The position numbers and the translations under genes are program-made. From Gnetum montanum (Eukaryota; Plantae; Gnetophyta), in the NCBI GenBank assembly GCA_015680685.1, contig MNCI01002116.1, positions 54,944 to 107,575 of the forward strand: DNA of 52,632 nucleotides, in the 5' to 3' direction. The notes beneath the pieces were generated by a model, which was not told the DNA's origin, did not search any database, and worked only from the letters and a program-made list of their open reading frames with translations. Position 1 is the stretch's first letter. Every line of letters starts with the position of its first letter. Of the stretch, positions 46,835 to 52,632 are shown piece after piece.

Positions 46835-48933
46835 TGTTGACCTTTTGGTATGTCAAAACCTTAGAGAAAATAGAGAATGTAGAATGTGTGTATGATTTTA
46901 AGTTTGCAAGACCATGAGAGAGAGTTAATAAGAAAAGGACTTCAAATAGAAATTCAAGATGTTAAGAATGAGAGCTACAATGATGACATGAAGACTAAAG
47001 TGGATAAGATGAGAACGTGGATGGAAATAGAGTTTATGAGCCAAGAAAAGATGTTTCGAAGACTACTGAGATGTGAAAATAACCAACAAATGCACTAAAT
47101 CTTAAACTGTGCTAAACATAGTAGATGTCTCTTAAAAATAGTAGACACCTATCTTAGATGATAGACATTTATACATAGACATCTACATATCTAGGTAGAC
47201 ATCTCTCCTACATTGAGGATGTTCATAGATAGACATCTCATCCTTGAAGTAGACATCTATAATAGCCATTTGATAACCACTGCATGAATTCCAAGGAGTT
47301 CTTGAAAAGTCCAAGGGTATAAGACTAAGTGAAATTCTTGGGAATTGTGCAAGTACTATTTATTATCAAATCAATCCAAGGCTATTCAAAGAGATTTTAT
47401 GTTTATTCTTCATTATACTACCTTTTCTATATATTAGTATATTGAGCCCCATTGCAAAGAATTTATAAATTAAGTTACACTTTCTCCTTAATCTTTTTCT
47501 TTCTTTCTTGTAGCCTGCAAGGTTGCTGTGCTTCTTATGAAAAGCCATCTTTCTTGAGCTTATTAGGACCTTGTGGGATTGAGTGATTTTGTGGTGATAA
47601 AATACTAAGATGTAGAGCTTACATTTGTAAAGGTTGTGGGATCCTTTAAACTACATTTTGAGTTTGTTAGGATCTTGTAGGGTTGAGTGGTTTTGTAGTG
47701 ATAAAACACTCTTGTTACACTGCGTAACACCCTGTTACATTGCGTAACACACTGTTATGCTACATAAAACCCTATTATGCTGCGTAACACCCATGTTTAC
47801 TGCAACATAGCCCCATGTCTAGCATTGCAACCAGTGTCCTGTGTCCCACGTGTAACACGGGATGAGCAGAGTAGACAGTAACAACCAACATCTTGTCTCC
47901 CACGCATAGCATGGGATGAGTGTAGTAGACAGCATGGTCCCACCCACTGCACTGCCATGTGGCACCTTATCTGCATTTTGGGCTAACCCTAGCCCTATAA
48001 ATGCCCCTATGCCCTCTTTTGAAAAAGGAAAAAAAAAAGAAAAAAAAGGAGAAGGAGGAAGGCTTCCATTTCTTCACCAGCAAGGTAGTTGGCACTTCCA
48101 TTTTGGCATTTGGAATTTTGACATCTTAGCACTTAGCTCCATGGGTGAATGAGAACCAGAGCACACCACACTGACAGAGAGGCACAACTACATCGCACGG
48201 TACACTACAGCCCCATTGTAGCCCAGTGGAACATTGCACAGTACACTGTGACTACCGACCCAACAGGCACAGTTTATCATAGTGAGCACCAAATTTCACA
48301 ACCTAACACCACCGAGGCTATGACTGTGCTCCTACTATGCCTATTGTACACTCTATATACCTATACCCTTTTTTCGGGGTGGTGCATCTTCCTACTCAAA
48401 TTCTCTTTTTGTCTGATTACAGCATTTATTTTTTGGCATTGTCAAGTGTTCAATAGTGTCCACTGTCCTGTTACTCACTTTAGCACGTTTCTATTGTTGT
48501 GCACATTACGTTTTCTTTTATTTTACCACCAGGTGTTCCATTTAAAATCATTTTTTACAAAAGGGTTATTGTACATTGGTTAAGTCCCTGTCTGATCAAC
48601 CAGATCATTCAGGGCACCCTGAATCCGTTCTCTCCATCACAGCCCTCGTGTAGATCTGGGGTTAGGCTATGTGTCGAAGACCTCTCAGTGTTTCTAGCCA
48701 TCGATGTTTTCTATCGCTACAACTCTAAAGCGAAGCTGAAATCTTATAAAGGTTGTGGTGCACTCTAAACCACATTTTTAAGGAACAAAGTTTAGAGATG
48801 TGCAAGGATCTACCCTTCGAGTGAGGACATACCAAATTTGGGAAATCACATAAAAATTATCTTTAATTTTCATGGTTGCACTGATTTCAATTAGGGAGCT
48901 TATTCAACTCCCCTTCTAAGTTTTCAATCCTTA
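46835..48933 (+). repeat. 5' LTR of the SIRE-like element (contains a solo-LTR insertion)
   Basis: TG start; tagacatcta/tagatgtcta repeats; end just before the PBS. Confidence 0.78.
47713..48721 (+). mobile_element. Solo LTR related to family C
   Basis: TGTTAC...CTACA; perfect 5-bp TSD ACTCT; TATA agccctataaatgcccc; shares a 3' segment with 10022-10130(-). Confidence 0.92.
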
Positions 48934-48935
48934 AG

Positions 48936-48947
48936 TGGTATTAGAGT
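48936..48947 (+). promoter_or_regulatory. Primer-binding site (tRNA-iMet)
   Basis: TGGTATTAGAGT (decayed TGGTATCAGAGC). Confidence 0.8.
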
Positions 48948-48989
48948 GTGGTGTTCTCAAGTTTATGCTTCATGTTTTAAGAGTGAACA

Positions 48990-50850
48990 ATGGAGGGGAT
49001 GTCTTACACCAAGCCATCAATGTTCAATGGGTTTGACTTTGCATATTTGAAGGCAAGAACGCAAGAATTATTTGAATCCATGGAATTCAAAGTGTGGGAT
49101 TCAATCCTTGAAGGCTACACATCGTCCATTGATAGCACCACAAGAGCACTCAAGCCACAAAGCAAATGGACTTTTGAAGAAAAAGATAAGTTCATGTTTG
49201 ACTCAAAAGAAAAAAGTTGTTTATAGTACACATTAAATAAATATGAGTTTAATAGAATGGTTGGGTGTACAATTGCTAAGGAAATATAGGAAACTATAGA
49301 GGCAACTTATGAGTGTATGTCTATTATCATGTAATCAAAACTTTTGGTGTTGTAGAGTGAATATGATAAACTAAAAATGAAAAAAGAAGAAAAGATTAAG
49401 GACTAATTCTCTAGGAAAAATGATCTTGTTGTAGCAATTAGAGGAATGGGAAAGGACTTTCTAGAGAGTGATGTGATCATAAAAATGATTAGAACTTTAC
49501 AACCCAAGTTCAGATTGAAAATCACCGCCATGGAAGAAATCAGACTTTGTGGTGCTAAAATTTGAAGAGCTTAAAAGTGATCTTATTGCTTATGAGATGA
49601 ATCTCATAAGTGAAGGAGAAATAAAAGAAAAGCCCATCACCCTCAAATCTACTTCAAAGGAGAAGGAGTTGGTTGAACAACAACCAAATGATGAAATGAA
49701 CTAGCCCTTCTATTAAGAAGAGTTCAAAGTCTTCTTGCTAGAAAAGGAAGCTGCTTCAATCAACTAGGGCCTAATAAATATGGTATAAAAGGTAGATAAA
49801 AATTTAAGAATTTTAAAAATTCAATTTTGAAGCATTTTCTATAGAATGCTGGGTATGTGGTGGAAGAGGCCATGTGTCCTATGAATGTCCTAGTGTTAGC
49901 AAGATCCAAAAGGAAGATCAATTTGAAGTTGAGTTCAAAAAGAATAACTTCTTCACTAGTTGGGATGAAGAACAAAGTGAAGGGAAAGTTGAGATAATGT
50001 AAGATTCACATCTCATTTGCATGGCTCTCATAGAAGATGAAAATAGCACAACTAAAGAGGATGATCAAATAATAGAGACTAATAAAGAAAGTTATGTCCT
50101 ATTGTGTAATGAACTTTTGTCCTTTTAAAATCTTTGTATAAAGCTAAAGAAGGATCTAAAGGATAAGGATTAAGATTTATCTCTACTCAGCATAAAATAT
50201 TTAGACCTCTTATAAGAAAACTTAAAACTAAGAGCTGATAATAAAGAAACTAACCTTATCTTATGAGTAAATTCAAAAAGAACTTGTAGATACAAAACTT
50301 GTGAATGAGAGACTTGTCAAAGGAAAGGAGTTCCTTTGCATAGTTCTAGGATAAGGAAGAAGTACAAATGATAGAAGTGGATTGGGATGTTTTCAACAAG
50401 AAGAAACATCAACACAAACTTCATCCAAATAAAAGGCTACATCAAAGGTAAAAGTATCAACAAGCACTTCATTCAAACAAAGAGTAGCTCCAAGGTTTGA
50501 CTATTTTACCCAAAGGAAAAAGGTTAGATGCTATTATTGTGGTAGATTTGGGCATAATAAATGGTATTGGAATTTAAAATATCACCACATGAATACTTGG
50601 TCATATCATAAGACTCCTTGATCTTACCCAAAGACACCTAGAAAGAAAATCTTGCAAGATAAAAAGGAGTGGAAGATAAATAGAAAAGGTAAGGAGAAAA
50701 AAAGTGTCTAGAGAATTAAGTCAAGAGAATAAGGTGAAAAAGCTCTCATCAAAAATTTTATGAAAGGAAGTCAATCATTGGAAATACAAGAAATTTTTAT
50801 GAAGAAAGGAGGAACTTCACAAAAAGAACCTCACTTCCAATCTCCTTAGA
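48990..50850 (+). pseudogene. SIRE-like gag (DUF4219/UBN2, zinc knuckles), disrupted
   Basis: EGMSYTKPSMFNGFDFAYLKAR..VWDSILEGY; EFNRMVGCTIAKEI; KITAMEE; CGGRGHVSYEC; CYYCGRFGH. Confidence 0.85.
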
Positions 50851-51265
50851 CTTTATGATCTTAATTAGCAAGAAAGGTAAGTAGAGGTAAGTTTTCATTT
50901 TTCTATCTTATTTAAAATTTTCAAAGGACTATAATTCATGGTAGATATCCCTTGAACTTCTCATATCTCATTCCATTACCAATTTAGATGTCTACTTGTA
51001 GACATCTACATATGAAAGATAGGCATCTACTCATAGATGTCTACACTTGAAGATAGATGGCTATATGAGTTTTCTTAGATGTGGGATAGACATCTACTAG
51101 TTGAGTTAGATGTCTAACTTTATGGGGAAAACCCTCAATAGCTACAAATATATAAAGCCAACACTTTTCACTTTTCTCATTTTTCCTCATCCAAGCTTAG
51201 ATGACTAAGAGCACATGACCAGGGCTTCCACCACAACACAAATTTTTGCATTTCTTTGCAGATAA

Positions 51266-52385
51266 ATGGTCCATAAGAAGATTGGAACATTTAGGCCTCC
51301 CCCACACAAGAGGGAAAAAAAATCCAAGCGAGCATCATCAAGCACTACAAATACCTATCTACCTCAATTTCAATCCACTAAAGCACAACATAGATTTAAG
51401 GTAACCTGTTCTATTTCCATAGGATCTAAGAGATCTCTTTATTTCTAGCAACATTATTAGAAGGAGTTGATAGGATTTTCCAAGCTTTAAATTGGATCTC
51501 TTTTATTTCAATGAAATTTTGTGTTCTTAAGATCCTCATCAGGGAGTTTTATATTAACATTGCCATTACAAATGCTACTATAGGGCCTCTACATCTAATG
51601 TTGGGGGCATTTTGATTGAAGCAACTCTCGAAGTAGTCAATGTCATTCTTGGCATTTCTGGCTTAGATGTTCATAGGGTTACAATTCATTCTATGTCTAA
51701 TATTTTCTCGAATGATGTAATCCCTGTTTCCCATGATGAGTTTTGTGATGCTCTTTTTGGTCAATTAGGATCTTTGCAAAGTGGGAAAGTTCTTAGAAGT
51801 TAGATGGCCTCAAATGCTTCCACACTCTCCCTTATTGTGTTGTATAATATCAATGTCAAAAGGGGAATTTACAGCTATTTGTTATTGACTCAAGATTTTA
51901 TCCTATATTGCCTTCTTACTAATCAACCACTAGACTTGGGCCATATCCTCTATAGAGACATGTTAGGTCTTTTCACTAGAGAGAGAGAGTCTATGGGCAC
52001 CCTCTTCTCATCAGTTTTTTGATACATCAAAGAGAAGTTCCTATTCTTGATATGCTTCTATTGAAAGGTAAAAAAAATCCTTGGTGAGTATTTAGAAAAA
52101 ATGAGCACCACTCATGCTAAATATATAGAACCAAGCTCTAATTCTCAAAAAGTAAGGAAGAAGAGATCTACATCACTCTTGTTGAAAAGGCCCAAATCTA
52201 TTAGTAACCAAGTGAAATCAACTCTCAAGAAGATACTAAAACCTTTTGCCAAGACTTTTGGGATGATTGGATGGGACCTCTTTTACCTGCATAAGAGAAT
52301 AGATGTAGCTAGAGTACCTTTTCCTCCAGATGGGTAGCAGTTCGAGGAAATTACCATTCCTCTCATGACAAATAGTGAGGAGGAC
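51266..52385 (+). pseudogene. SIRE extra ('env-like'/Transposase_32-like) ORF, disrupted
   Basis: LIREFYINI...NVGGILIEATLEVVNVILGI...LYCLLTNQPLDLGHIL; position 3' of gag. Confidence 0.65.
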
Positions 52386-52632
52386 TGTCATACTCTAAAT
52401 AGGCACTCAATAGCTATTAAGCCATTGGTGAGTCATGAATTTGCTAGCTGTGATATCGCTACCGTGATATCATACTTGTGATATCGCAGTGGCTTATACG
52501 CGATATCGCGTATGTGATATTGCGGTCTACCTCAATTTCTATAAATAAGAGGTAGCTTTCCTTGTTTTAGAATCTAGTTTTTCCTTTAGCGAAGCTCTGG
52601 CAGTTTTTCCCTTCCAGAGATAGAATAATTTC
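52386..52632 (+). mobile_element. Start of a family-A-related LTR (runs off the window; exact start uncertain)
   Basis: gcgatatcgc palindromes, ctataaataagagg and gaagctctggcag...agagatagaata, as in 2129-2310. Confidence 0.7.

Larger units (their letters stand above)
46835..52385 (+). mobile_element. SIRE-like Ty1/Copia element (5' LTR, PBS, gag, extra ORF; no pol seen)
   Basis: Starts TGTTGACC inside the RNase H coding sequence; LTR-end motif tattcaactcccctt; iMet PBS; SIRE-type gag. Confidence 0.8.

Noticed and set aside
48149-48768. 144-aa and 89-aa hydrophobic ORFs as an envelope or membrane protein
   Set aside because: They lie inside a TSD-flanked solo LTR; hydrophobicity reflects T-rich U5 sequence.

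Overview
Repeat-dense, heavily methylation-decayed land-plant genomic DNA (large-genome vascular plant; species not determinable). There is no intact host gene, and almost the whole window is nested LTR retrotransposons. Left to right: (i) the 3' end of a Gypsy element with a family-A LTR (2129-3066); (ii) a Bianca-like Copia element (3414-8927, minus) flanked by an unusual 91-bp duplication and inserted in a mosaic of host-gene fragments (GATL/GT8, MO25); (iii) a family-C LTR (10022-11686); (iv) three diverged copies (B1, B2, B3) of a large Tat/Ogre-type Gypsy family; (v) a SIRE-like Copia lacking pol; plus solo LTRs with target-site duplications. The most interesting system is family B. Its gag-protease ORF stops at the same point in all three copies. 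In B1 and B2 it is followed by an antisense, multi-intron gene with conserved splice positions, encoding a plant-mobile-domain-like region, a coiled coil and, in B2, a catalytically altered FCP1/NIF (HAD) phosphatase domain. In B2 a same-strand Tat/Ogre RT-RNaseH appears only about 8.6 kb (net) downstream of the protease. Second highlight: family-A LTRs carry tandem, compensatorily covarying RNA hairpins downstream of the TATA box. All coding calls are degenerate (stops, frameshifts) and were made by eye from recalled family motifs; no searches were run.
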